Below, piece by piece: positions 51,902 through 64,000 of a stretch of 64,000 bases of DNA (within the stretch, counting starts at the first letter, position 1; the number at the start of each line of letters is the position of its first letter). This DNA comes from Oculina patagonica. Its lineage: Eukaryota. The notes beneath the pieces were generated by a model that was not told the origin of the DNA, searched no databases, and saw nothing but the letters and a program-made list of their open reading frames with translations. The stretch covers positions 1,550,001 to 1,614,000 of the forward strand of contig NC_135763.1 in NCBI RefSeq assembly GCF_052425735.1, given 5' to 3'. Both the position numbers and the translations under genes were made by a program.

Positions 51902-54900
51902 CATTCTCGTCCCCAGAGGCCGCGATCCTTCTGGTCAGCACCCGGGATCGAGACCTCTGGCCGCTTCCGGTTCAGATCCGATTACGATTGGCGTTGCTCA
52001 AACAATAGAATTGAGACCGGAAGAGAAATTTCAGTCAACATGGCGGAAAGAACTTCGACGTAGCGTATTCGCTGTAAAGCGTCTGTTTGCCGACCTTGTA
52101 ACGTAAATATTATCCCGAAGACGCATCTGTTGGCTTTATTTGGTTCCAAAGCAACCAACGAAGGAATCATGTGAGATTGAGAAAACATTTCTGCCTCAAC
52201 AATTGCTTTCGAAGCTGGTTTCCCTCCCGAATGTGCTGAACTCTGTGAACTTGTAACGCGTGAAGCAGAAGTATTTCAGGAGTTTATTATGATTGCTGTC
52301 CATTCGAAAGCTCAGCAAGAATCAGTATAAATCTGATCGAAGAAAGGCAAATCGAATCGTTAGAAGACAGCCTGGCCTCAACTTCTTCGCCAAATTCAGG
52401 AAGAGAGAAAAAAGAATGGTATATCTTTTATAATTTTCTTACTTTATAAGCAGACAGTAGTTAATCGCTTCAAAATTAGATGCAGCAAGTATTGTTGATT
52501 TATTCACTGCGAGGAAAAGAGCTGATATTTTTTTTCTTCACATTTTATTTATCACTTTTAAATGGCCTATGAACATGATTTGTTAACAGCTGAAATTACT
52601 ATCAGACAGACTGGTTTGTTTACAGCCAGATGATAACAGAATTAGTGGAGATCTAATAACTTAAGTATAAAATAATTAAGGCAATGATGATTTAAAATGA
52701 CAACAAAATAAGTGGAGATCTAAGAGCCAAAGTACAATATTATTTAACACTGTAACAGAGATTGTTAAAAAACATATAGTTATAATTGTTTAAAAGAGAA
52801 AGGAGCTGATCATAATATGTCTGCCACAGGTATGCCATGTAATGTTATGAAAATAGCCTGTTAAATTATTGTTGTTTTTCTGTTGATACAATTCAAAACT
52901 CAAATTGGCTGTTATACCTGTGTGAGACAGTTTGGACAAAATGCAAGTGTGTCAGTTTTGTACCTCCCCTTTACATAATTTGTTGTTTTGCTTTGCTCAG
53001 CCATTGCAATGTTAGTGGATTTTATATCCATGCCACCAGCATTGCATAGGACTTGCAAATTTTACTTATTCTGCAGCCACACAGTGATCACATGTATATT
53101 TATTAGTTAGTTAATAGCCCAGATGCCCTTGAGTTCACCTCTGGAGTTTGTACATATAATATATGTAGCATTGAAAACAGATTTATTTTGCATATTTTGA
53201 ATTATAATATGTGAACATTATTGGCATGTGACCTTTAGCATACTTTAGGGGAGGTTGAGAAAAAAAATAGTCTTTTATTCAGGCAAAATGGATGAACCGT
53301 TCAAGCAGAGACACATGCTGTGGTCTCCAAAAAGTTTTCCCTCCAAAAACTTACCTCCATCCTGGCCACAATTCCTGCAATCTTGTGGTAATGTAAAGGG
53401 GACTTTCAGCTCCCATTGCTGCTTTAAGAATTAACATTAACAGAAAGTAAAGTGTGCAAACAAGACAAATAAACATGAATGACATGCAGTTTTGGGTGTC
53501 CAAGTTAATGTTTTTAATTCTTCTTCTTTTAGAGCATGTTATACCTTCAGTTTCACTTCATGTCAGTTTTAACTTCATGTCAGATTAATAATGTTGATCT
53601 TGATTTACCAATAAAACCATTTGTACTATTTGATCACCTGTGCTCTCATGGTATGGTGATTTAATGTGACATTACAAAAGAATCATCTTGAATGTGTGAC
53701 CAGGGAGTTTCGGCAAATAATTTAAAGCGCACCCCCCCCCCCCCCTTCTACAAAAATTTTCCCGTACACAATTGCATGTTACTATATGGCATGCTGATAC
53801 CTAACAGCTAAACAAGGATAAATGAGGTGTCCATTGCATGGGTGCCACTTTTCATCCTCTTCTCGCATAACATTACCCCGGTACTTGGCAGTGCACATGC
53901 ATGACTCAGGGTTTGTCAAACCAGGGTTTGTTTTACTTTTCTTTCATATACTAGTAATTTAATTATTGATTGTGTACTAAAATTATGCAGCCAACTGAAC
54001 TGAGATAAATCAACATCCTCTATCATTTACACCAGCAGTGAGCATAACCTGTGTTGTGTCTGACATTTGCAGATTGCAGACAAAGAGAATATATCATGTT
54101 ACCATTTCCATAAACAGGCTAACCAAAGTTAAGGCTAACCAGAGTAAATAGTAGGCTAACCGTAGTGTGAAGTAGGCGAACCAGGGTGAAAGTCTGCAGT
54201 CTGCAAATGTCAGACACCGCAACCTATGCACCTTACACAATAGACCATTTTACAGTTGTCTGCTCAGTGATCTGGCCTTTGAATGGAAGTGAGGCTGGAG
54301 GTCACCTTGTTTTGATACAGACCTCACTGCTTTTGACATGTAAATCAAGTTGTTCTGAACAAGTTTGCATTTACATGAAAAAGCAAAGAGGTTTGTAACA
54401 ATGCAAGGTCACCTCCAGCCTCACTACCATTCAAAGGCCAGGTCACTTGGCATGCAACTGTAAAATGGACTGCTCATACAAGTAAGAGCAGGAGTGAATA
54501 TGCTTCAGCAGTCCCTCTTGAAAATTGCCTCCAAAACTAAATTTAAGAACTAAAAGTTATCAACATTGCTCTGCATGGAGAGTAATTGCAGCTCCACTGC
54601 TTTACAAGTCCCACACTTCAAGCATATGGTTTACCTGCTTTCATAATTTTCATGAGTTTGTATGGTGGATGCCTGAAGGAGTAACAACAGCTCACACTGT
54701 ATAAATGAAGCTACTTCTTGTTTATGTAGGACCATTATATAAACAAGCAGAGGCCACAGTTCATTGTAAACATGAACAAGGTTGTCATTTTTAATTTTTT
54801 TGTAAAAAGCTGTGAGGGATTAAGTTCAGTTCAGTATAGCTTTGTATAGTGTGAGCCCCAAATTGATCACTTTCTTGGATGATGGGATGTACATATAGCT

Positions 54901-56006
54901 AGTATACTGGGGAAAATAAATGATCTCTGTGTGTAGACTAAAATTGCCAGCATGCACATTATGTGTAACAAAATAGGAGTTCAAAACATATTTATACCTG
55001 GCACATAACGTATTATTGGTGGGACTGAATTTAATAATCAAACCTACTGCATTTTTTTTTTCAAGTTTGGTTGCTGAGTCAATGCCATTTAATAATAACC
55101 ATGCCCAACAATTTGCATGAATTTGCCACTTTGAATTAAACTTCCTAAATATCTCACAACTTCAAACTTGGAAGTTGGAAGTTATGAGCCAGCTGGCTAC
55201 ATATTCCTGAAAGAGGGGCTTCCCAGTTCTCCAAGTAGTCCAAGTAAAATCTAGCTGGGGAAAAATATCCATGGAATATTCACTCTAGCTTCCTATTAAA
55301 TTTATATAATTCCTTGCAGAAATGTTTTTTCCTGGAATCACACATTTATCAGCTGAATCCTTGACATAATTAGACAAAAGACGCATACAATAACATTTTC
55401 TGCATTTTATTTAGCCGTTTAACTTTCTGTGGTTCACTCTCAATCGACTGGAGAAAAACCTAGCTAAAGTAAGCTTACAGATTTCATAAACAATAAAATT
55501 GCTACATAAAAACTGCATGCTTACCAATCGATTGCGAGATAAACTTCATCCACAACAATCCCTCGTACCTTGTGCTTAAAAGCGTTTTTTTTTCTTATGG
55601 TAGTCAGTCAACAAAACATCGATTATGCATCATCTGCCATCATCTCTTGTGCAGACGTACGTAAAGTGCTGATAATTTTGTGATCGCAAATCGGTACATT
55701 AACGGTAAAATAACTGCCACAGTAGACTTTCTCGCGGACGATCTTCCATAAATTCAGTACCGGAGGAAGAAGTTGATAAATCAATGATTTGCCATCGCTA
55801 ACACATCTTTGCTTTTGACCGCTAACTGTTTCAAAGACCTTCAAAGCTCCATAATTATTTTCTTTTTGGTCCGCCATTTTGAAAACTGTCTGAGCTTGCG
55901 CAGAAGGACCGGAAGTCCGCGATTCGCGGACTTGAAATTGGAGCCGGCCAGAGGTCTCGATCCCGGGTGCTGACCAGAAGGATCGCGGCCTCTGGGGACG
56001 AGAATG
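51902..56006. mobile_element. 4.1-kb AcademH-like degenerate DNA transposon, 9-bp TSD
   Basis: Perfect TIRs of about 62 bp (cattctcgtccccagaggccgcgatcc...). TSD caaggtggg at 51893-51901 and 56007-56015. RecQ motif I remnant GKSLIYQLLP on the minus strand (about 55765-55795); decayed Cys-containing ORF start at 52040 on the plus strand. Confidence 0.82.
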
Positions 56007-56887
56007 CAAGGTGGGTTGCTGAAATACATAAAGTAATTAATGTATTAGGTTCAGTGCATGAAAAGTTTGATGTTAAGGATCACACCATATTCAAACTGAT
56101 TGACCTGCAGCTGGCCTGCATGGCCATGTCCGGCAAACCTCATTATGAAAGTGGCAGGGATGCTTGTAGGAAATTGTGAATAGAACCCCTAAAAGAGAAC
56201 AATCTGGGCGTGGCTCAAGCTTTTTTTACCCCTAAAAGGGACCAAAACACTAAAAATAGAATTTATATTTGTATATTTCTTTGTGTACCATCCTAAACGA
56301 GACCTTACGGTTAAAATTATTGGCTTCTCACCCAGAACGCCCTGAGTGTGCATGTGATTAAAAATCGAACATTTACACCCCAAAGTGAGACGACAAGCAT
56401 CCCAGGCCTTTTCATCCCCCCCCCCCCTTGGGAAAGTAATTGCCCAGCAGGAGATCTGCTTGTCCAGGATGGCCAGATGGGACTTTTTTCGGGCCCTGAA
56501 GAGGTACTGTTAAGAGTAAAGTGCCTTGTCCATGAACTAAACAAAATGGTCCCAGCAAGTGCTTGGAGCAAGACCAATTGACCCACCATACAGCTGTATA
56601 TCCGGTTAGCACCCGCTAATTTAAACTTGGTTATTTCAAATTCCCCGTTATTTCAAGCTAAAACCCATTTCCCTTGTAATTGCCCTTCAGTCATTCACTC
56701 TCGGCTGTTTCGAACTCTCTCTATCTCAACTATTTTTTTGTTTTCCCTGACAGTTTGAAATAATGGGGTTCGATTGTACATGTTCCCCATATAAAAATTG
56801 TCTCCTTCCCCCTCCTGGATTGTACATGTACCTCATCTCCTGCCCTTTACCACTGCTTTTTTCTTGCAGTTATAACACAGCTTTGAG

Positions 56888-59800
56888 ATGTCGGTGAATC
56901 AAACATTACTAGACTTTCGTGTTACCCCAGATGCATCTGGAAACTGGATGAAATCAGTTGGGGACAAAATTAAAGAAATTTTGAAGGAATCCTGTCATGT
57001 TGATAAACCAGATTTTAGTGGTCCTGCTATAATGCTGTTTTCTGCTCAACATGGAATGTAAGTAGACACAGAAATTATTAGGATGTGGAAGATATTATGC
57101 ATTCTCTCCTGTTGGCTGTTGCATACCAAAATAATGTTACTGTTAGTATTGAATACTGGCATTTTGAAAACAAAGTGTTCAGGGCCATAACTAGCAAGAG
57201 GCAAGACAAGGCACTTGCCTTGTCTAGATTTACACCCAAAATTAAAAACAAAGTATGTTTTGTTGGGAAAATAATCCCAAATTGAACAAGATTGATTTTT
57301 CTCAAGAAATACCTTATGAAAAGTGTCGAAAAAAAAAGTTCCAGAGCTTCTAGATTTCCAAGTGTTTTGGAGCCGGGCATGCCCCCAGAACCCTCTTGCA
57401 AGATCTTGCCTCATCTATTGCAAAGGTCAGCTGGTTACAGCCATGTTGTTCCGCACAATTATTATTGTGAACCTATAAATGTCAGCAAAATTAAATACAC
57501 TAAGTGACACATGTATTATGTTGATTTAATTGTGTTCAATTGCTTTTTACTTCCTGCAGTCAGTACACAGTTCGAATGTTTCCTGACGGTCTTGTCACTT
57601 TAGATGTTGTTCAAAATATCAATGGTGTTAGTGAAGATAAAGTCCTTAAACGAACGGTAAGTTCTTCAAGATTATAACCTGTCAAAACATCCCAAGAAAT
57701 GTCCACCTTGTGTATGAAAACAACTTTCTGCAAGGAACAAATTGGCTGTATAGTACATTCCTTGCCTCATTTCTAAAACAAACCATGCACACATGCAAAG
57801 ATTTAATTAAAAGATTCAAGTAAGCTTATTCCACATGAAAATCCTAGGGGCATTTTGACCTGGACATTCATTTGAGCCTATACATGTACATTCCCCTGCA
57901 CTTTAATTGATATCTTTTATTTTTAAGCATGTAGTGTTTAGATCTAAAGCCAGTCGCACACTAGAGCATTTAGCTGAGCTATTCACCTCACGTGCCTGTT
58001 TGCTCAGCTATTTATTCACTGCACATTTTGCCGCAGACATGCAGTGAGGAAAGTGCTTAGCAAGTTTGATTTGGAAGCTGCCATGTTGAAGCATGTGAGC
58101 ATTCTGCGTGTGTTTATTGGTCAGTTGATATATCTGGCTGAGCAAGTTTCTCATGTCGCCCACACACATTGAGGATCTTGCCTCGCGAGGCAAAAAATAT
58201 CAAACACGATAGATATTTTCCTCAAGGCCTCGCGAGGCAAAATTCTCACGAGAAACGGTCTGCACACGAGAGAAATCTGCTGAGTAAACGGCACGCTGGG
58301 CGGTTAGCTCAGCTAGTTGCTCTAGTGTGAGGCAGGCTTAAGGTATAAAAAAAACCCCGGGTAACTTGAGTTTCAATACTAAGGCCAGTTGCTAGATCTT
58401 ATCACTAGTACTGTTATTGTACCCTACCAGTTTAATATGTTAATGTAGGTATCTTTATAAGTTTAGTTTATAATAATTATATTGTTGATTGCTTTTGATT
58501 TGGCAGGACTACATTGGTCTTCTTGACAAAATAAATGAGGGCCTTTCATGTTTGAAGGCAGACTTTATTCCTACCATTCATAGAGGAAGGGAAGTTCTTC
58601 GTTATCATGATACATCAGATGGTCGAATGAAGGAATATGACTTTGACAAGTAAGTAATAAGTAATGAAAACAATAATCCCAGTAATCAATAATACTACAA
58701 CAGGGACCACGGTGCATTTTTCAATTGGGGGAGGGGGGAGGGGCTGACTAGTGACTTGTAGTCCAGCATCTCCCCCCCCCCCCCCCTCTCCAGCTTCCTG
58801 TACATAACTTCATATGTTGCTTTAATGTTTTATTTGTGTCTGCACCAATAATAATGGTATTAGTGCTTTGCACTTGAGGAGATTGATACATTAATTAAGT
58901 TCACCACTACTACTACATCCAACCATACAGCTTCACTGTCACTATCAAGCAGAGATGTGAAGGGCCAGATCAGTCAATGTGTCATGCACATGCAAGCACT
59001 GATGTGCCACTCACACTTATTGAGTCATATTAGCAGCCTGGCAAAAGCCATCTGGCCTCTTGCACATCAGAAATACATGTATTTAATGCAATTGCACGCC
59101 TCCAAGTTAAGACCATTTTAGTCGCCATGGTGACTAAATTGGAACCAAAGTCGCCAGCCTAGCGACTAAAATTGAGAAGAATGATTGAAAGCTTGAGCTT
59201 AATATAGCGACTAAAATTTTTTCCCTGGCAACCAAACTTGAGCAGTCAGTGCGCAAATGGCCACTAAGAAAAAAATAAACTTGGAGGGTTGAATTGGCAG
59301 GTGCAATTTTAATATTTTTATCTTTCTAACAAAATCAAGGTTAAGCTCAATGAAAGTGGTATAAAAAATGCTTACTGATCAAGTAAGTAGGTCAGGCTGG
59401 AGAGGAAAATAGTGGGAGATTGAGCAAAAAAATACAGTATGGATCAGTAGCTTTTGTGTATTCCTATTCACCCCCTCCTTTGGTGTTGTACATGTTGTTT
59501 GCTCAGTAGTATCCTTGGGTACTTAGACTAAGCATACACATGTTGTGCTTGTCATGTTGTTTCAGGGTAGTGTTTAGTCAACAGTCTGAATACCAACATG
59601 TCTGGAGAGCTCATTCTGATCGCTATGGAAACATGCTATTTTTAGATATGGAGGAAAGTAAGTTCAGACACATGGTAACAATAATTGTAATTATTACAGT
59701 CAAACCTCTCCTTGCAGACACCTCCCGAATAAGAACACTGTATATTTATAGGGACAGTTGATTTGGTTGCAGAGAATCCAAAATTCATATTATATAATAC

Positions 59801-62800
59801 TGACGCATTCATACAGAACACCCACTCAGCTCTGCCCCTAATTACCCCAGTGCATACCTCAACCTTATACATAGATGTAACTTAGTTCTGAAACATACAC
59901 TAAGTCATGTAACTGTTGGCAAAGCAAACTTTAATACTGAAACATACATGAGTATCAACACATATCTTTGATTTGTTTTTCTTGAAGGGTAAGTATACAA
60001 TGTATATTTAGTTTGTGAGAGATATTGCATTTCATCTAATTAGGCAACAGATTAATTTGTACTTTATGCTCACATATTGGAGCATTTTCAGTGAGGCAAA
60101 AGCTTGATGTATATGGTACTAGCATTTAAGAAACTTTTTTGCCTCCAGCCAGCGAACTGATTTATAAAACAGCAAACCAAATTAAACTCTCAGAACTATA
60201 GTCTGGGGTGGAGAAGGGGCAGATAGTGTAGTAAAAAGACATAAAACTGATGAACTCCAAATAAGACTGTGGTCAATCAAAGTTACTCTTTCTTTGTAGA
60301 TGGGTATCAAATAATTATACAGACCTGATTTGTTTTCATTTTTTTTATATAATTTAACTGATTACTGTATATTTGTTTCTTAATTCTCTTCAGTGTTGGC
60401 AGAAAGTGACATTGACTACACAAAAGCTCTCTTAGGGAATGGTAGAGAAAACTACAAAGACAAAGACATACTCATATTAGGGGGAGGAGACGGTGGAGTG
60501 TTACATGAGCTCTTAAAGGAATCTCCAAAGTTTGTCACCATGGTTGAGATATCCTTGTGCAACAAAAGCCATGATAGCTGACACAAAAAGCCAGTCAGAG
60601 TATTTTTGTGCTGCAAACGTTAACTGTTTCAGAGTTAGGGCTGGCCCCAGTGCTCAATTTTAACCCTTTTGCCCCTAAGTGTAAACCTTCAATCAGTTAG
60701 TTAGGTATTGTGGATAAAACCCTAGCTATGGAGCAGACCTTTCATGTGGTACTGTTAATTAAATGCTGTACAAGGTGGTTCTAACTTTTAAGTCTGTGGT
60801 GTGTGACCATTCAATTGAAAGCTAGTTAGCAGACCTTTCATGTGATACTGTTAATTAAATGCTGTACAGGGTGGTTCTAACTTTTAAGTCTGTGGTGTGT
60901 GACCATTCAATTGAAAGCTAGTTAGCAGACCTTTCATGTGATACTGTTAATTAAATGCTGTACAGGGTGGTTCTAACTTTTAAGTCTGTGGTGTGTGACC
61001 ATTCAATTGAAAGCTAGTTAGCAGACCTTTCATGTGATACTGTTAATTAAATGCTGTACAGGGTGGTTCTAACTTTTAAGTCTGTGGTGTGTGACCATTC
61101 AATTGAAAGCTAGTTAGCAGTACTTTCATGTGATACTGTTAATTAAATGCTGTACAAGGTGGTTCTAACTTTTAAGTCTGTGGTGTGTGACCATTCAATT
61201 GAAAGCTAGTTAGCAGTACTTTCATGTGGTACTGTTTATTATGCTGCACAAGGTGGTTCTAACTCTTAAGTCTGTGGATGAAACCCTAGTGTGCAGGTTT
61301 GTAGCCACGATTTAAAAAGTGGGAGTCCAAAATGTTTATAAGGCCTGACTTTGTCCCCATAGCAGGGCCTGAGGAGCATGCATGGTGTTTTTCTGCAGTT
61401 ATGAGTGAAAAGGTATCAAAAGATTTCCAAATTTGCTACAAAAAACCTCTCTACACAGTTATTCATATTAATTTTCTCTGAAAAGTGGCCGTCCATAGGA
61501 CTCCTGGACTCCTACCTGGCTAAAGGCCTGCTAGTGTGTGACCATTCAAATGAAAGCTAGTTAGAAGTACTTTCATGTGGTACTCAGGATAAGTGTTTGA
61601 TTGGAGATGAAGAATCCAAAATGGTTCGGGCAGTTTTAGCGCTATGAACTGTGCTCATGTACATGTACCTTAACATGCTAACATAGACAAGGTTGTCGTT
61701 GATGCGGCCGTGAAACACTTGCGTGGCATCTGTGGCAGCTCTATGGATTCATACACCGGGCATAATTACGAAGTAAGTCTGAATCAAATGCTTGGTCATG
61801 TACTACGGTGCTAATCTTTAAGTTACTCATAAATCACCTATCAATGATTTATTTCAGGAGGGGAGGAGTGGAAGGGGGAAATCCGGTATAGATGTTACTG
61901 GGATGTTTGTCGGTAAAGGTACCCAATGTAATGTAAAATCCCCCCGAGACTGAAATTATACTTTTTTAAAAAGCAAATAAAGTTCTTTGCTGATTATGTG
62001 AAGCGCTGATCTTGCCATTCCACTTTTTAAGTTTTACGGCAATTTGCATAGGATTTGCGAGAAAACAGGACACCGTACTTCTTTTACTTTGTGTAAATTT
62101 ATGAAAATGGAATCAGAGAATTCACAAAGAATACCCCAGATATCAAGATAGGGAGAGCACCGGCTTTTTAATTCCCCATATTAGATAGGTTAAGCATGAC
62201 GTTTATTCTTCCCGCGAACGGCAAAAATTTAACTTCTGCCGTCTGCTGTTTGGCTTTCGTACGCGGAAATGAGTACTTTTTGTGTTTGTCGTGAATGTGG
62301 GATTTTTCCTCACATTTTTCTGAGGGATTAATTTAAGAATTCGATAAAAAGGCAACAAAATGAAAGGCAATCCCGCGTTGCCGTTTGCCGTATAACGTCA
62401 AGCTTAATGTCTCTATTATCGAGAATGCGTTACGTTCCAAGCGTGTTCGACCTTTACTGTATTAAGCTCGTGTTCATGCGCATGCTGAAGTGAATGTGTA
62501 TCAGAGCCATGTGTTTGGTATTTAACGCTAGTGATACATCAATACTTCTTTCGTCTTGCATTTTAGGTAAGAATTGATGACTGTGTCAAGGCATTAAAAG
62601 AGTATGTTGAGAAAGGAAAGACCTTTGATTATGTGATTAATGATCTTACAGACATACCCATAGCTGTCTCTCTACATGGTAAGGGTCTCACAATGCAAGC
62701 ATCTAAACTTCTTGTTTAGTTTTCAAATCGAGAGCTAAACTTTCCGTCAAAACGGCTGAACCATTTTGTTCAAAAACGGATTATTAAGGCTCTGTTAGGG

Positions 62801-63902
62801 TAGGTATGCATGTCGCCGGTCTGAATTTGAAAGCTTGTCGTGTCGCAATTTCGAACGGGTTTGCATTTTGCTGTCGGAATTTCGTCATTTCCTCGAAAGA
62901 GCAGGGGTTTCTTAGGTGTTTAAAACCACATGACCAACTTAGGTACAGAGCAGGAGTTTTTCAGGCACTTTAATATCGCAATTAAACCAGTGTTAATTTC
63001 TCGACCAATCAAAACGACGTGACTGTGAAAAAAGTACACAGAGCAGGATTTTTTCGTGCATTTTTAAAGAGCCGTTAAAATTAATTTAATTTTTTGACAG
63101 ATTGAAAAACGACATGACTATAAGCCTAAGTACACAGGAGCAGGAGTTTCTCTAACTCTAAGGGCATTCCATTAAGGAAATTTAAACTGTTCTAATTCTT
63201 GACCGCTGAAAATTTTTCTACTGACAACATAAGTTCTCAACTGATCAAAAATTCTCGATCGCTAATAACTTATTTCTCTGCCAACTGGAAATATTAAGCG
63301 ATCAATTTTTCCGAGATACAGTCCAAAATAATGGCTCCTCAAGGTCAAACTTTTGTATCTCGAAAAATATTTAATCAGTCAAGATTTTCAGTCGGCAGAG
63401 AAGTATGTTTAGTGATCGAGAATTGAGAAATAATTCTGTCATCAGAGAAATTTTCATCGGTCATGAATTAAAACAGTTTAAATTTCCTTAATGAAATGCC
63501 CTTAGGATTAGAGAAACTCCTGCTCTGTGTACTTAGTTCACAGTCACGTGTTTTCAATTGGCGAGAAATACATTAACTGCCTTAGTACCTGAGAAACTTC
63601 TGCTCTTTAGATGAAATGACCAAATAGCGAGAGCGATATACAAACCCGTTCGTAATTGCGACATGACAAGCTTTAAAATTCAGACCGGCGACATGCATAC
63701 CTACCCTAACAGAGCCTCATCATTTGATTCAATTTTCGAATGTTCGACTGGATGGACCAAAAAAAATAAATAAGAGTACATGTAGTTAAAATATGATTCC
63801 CTTTCTGTAATTCTTTTTCCAGATTCTCACTGGGATTTCGTTCGTGAAATTCTTAACCTTACACTTCGGGTGCTGAAACCTGAGGGAAAATTCTACGCGC
63901 AG
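56888..63902 (+). CDS. SMS: Spermine synthase (3' end lies beyond the window)
   Basis: Coding exons 56888-57057, 57560-57656, 58507-58649, 59566-59657, 60394-60548, 61683-61772, 62567-62678, 63823-63902. Motifs [59 protein letters not shown]...[13 protein letters not shown] are collinear with animal SMS, including the N-terminal AdoMetDC-like domain that spermidine synthase lacks. Confidence 0.93.
57948..58339. mobile_element. MITE in SMS intron
   Basis: agccagtcgcacactagagca...tagctgagct / agctcagctagttgctctagtgtgaggcaggct inverted ends. Confidence 0.6.
60732..61290. repeat. 96-bp tandem satellite, about 5.8 near-identical copies
   Basis: Unit starts at 60732, 60828, 60924, 61020, 61116 and 61212; a further partial unit at 61531-61584. 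Confidence 0.92.
61294..61530. mobile_element. hAT-like MITE (8-bp TSD) inserted in the satellite
   Basis: ctagtgtg|caggtttgtagcca ... tggctaaaggcctg|ctagtgtg. Confidence 0.8.
62788..63716. mobile_element. TIR element with a nested Harbinger-like MITE (63162-63501)
   Basis: Outer TIR ggctctgttagggtaggtatgcatgtcgccggtctgaatt, perfectly inverted at 63716. Inner TIR gggcattccattaaggaaatttaaactg / cagtttaaatttccttaatgaaatgccc. Confidence 0.78.
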
Positions 63903-64000
63903 GTAAGGATGCTCCGTGAGGCATATCATGTAATAAATGTAGGAAAATGTCATAATAGTTTCATTAAGGTCGCGGGGGACACCTTAGGCCCATCATTATG

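Larger units (their letters stand above)
60549..61682 (+). other. U12-type (minor spliceosome) AT-AC intron of SMS
   Basis: 5' site GAG|ATATCCTT; branch site TACCTTAAC at 61666-61674; 3' end ctaac|ATA with no polypyrimidine tract. Splicing restores the conserved VTMVE-ID. Confidence 0.9.

Noticed and set aside
60732-61290. Regular repeats as a possible CRISPR array
   Set aside because: Head-to-tail units with no unique spacers, no cas genes, and a eukaryotic intron context.

Overview
Intron-rich, AT-rich animal genomic DNA, not prokaryotic. The repeat landscape and gene content suggest an anthozoan such as a stony coral (inference). Most ORF-track entries are spurious or are exon fragments. 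I spliced six + strand genes by hand: (1) four paralogous BTB-domain genes with a C-terminal CxxH...CxxC motif (last exon only at 533-1125; 5489-11266; 41298-42965; 44871-48881); (2) a 20-exon secreted mosaic serine protease of about 1398 aa (13608-37182), with architecture signal peptide / RFRR propeptide / prokaryote-style FN3 / prokaryote-style beta-propeller / EGF / lustrin-type Cys module / YWTD propeller / sushi / Ig / trypsin, and a GC-AG first intron; (3) spermine synthase (56888 to beyond the window end), containing a U12-type AT-AC intron. Non-coding DNA is dense with TEs: CRE-like RLE retrotransposon 3' ends stacked in an (ATT)n microsatellite, a Penelope 3' end carrying a minimal hammerhead ribozyme, AcademH-like elements with 9-bp TSDs and RecQ remnants, nested Harbinger-, Kolobok- and hAT-like MITEs, tRNA- and 5S-derived SINEs and a 96-bp satellite. 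The protease 3' flank recurs behind the fourth BTB gene, suggesting an old tandem duplication whose second protease copy was deleted. All domain and family calls come from motif recognition by eye; no searches were run.
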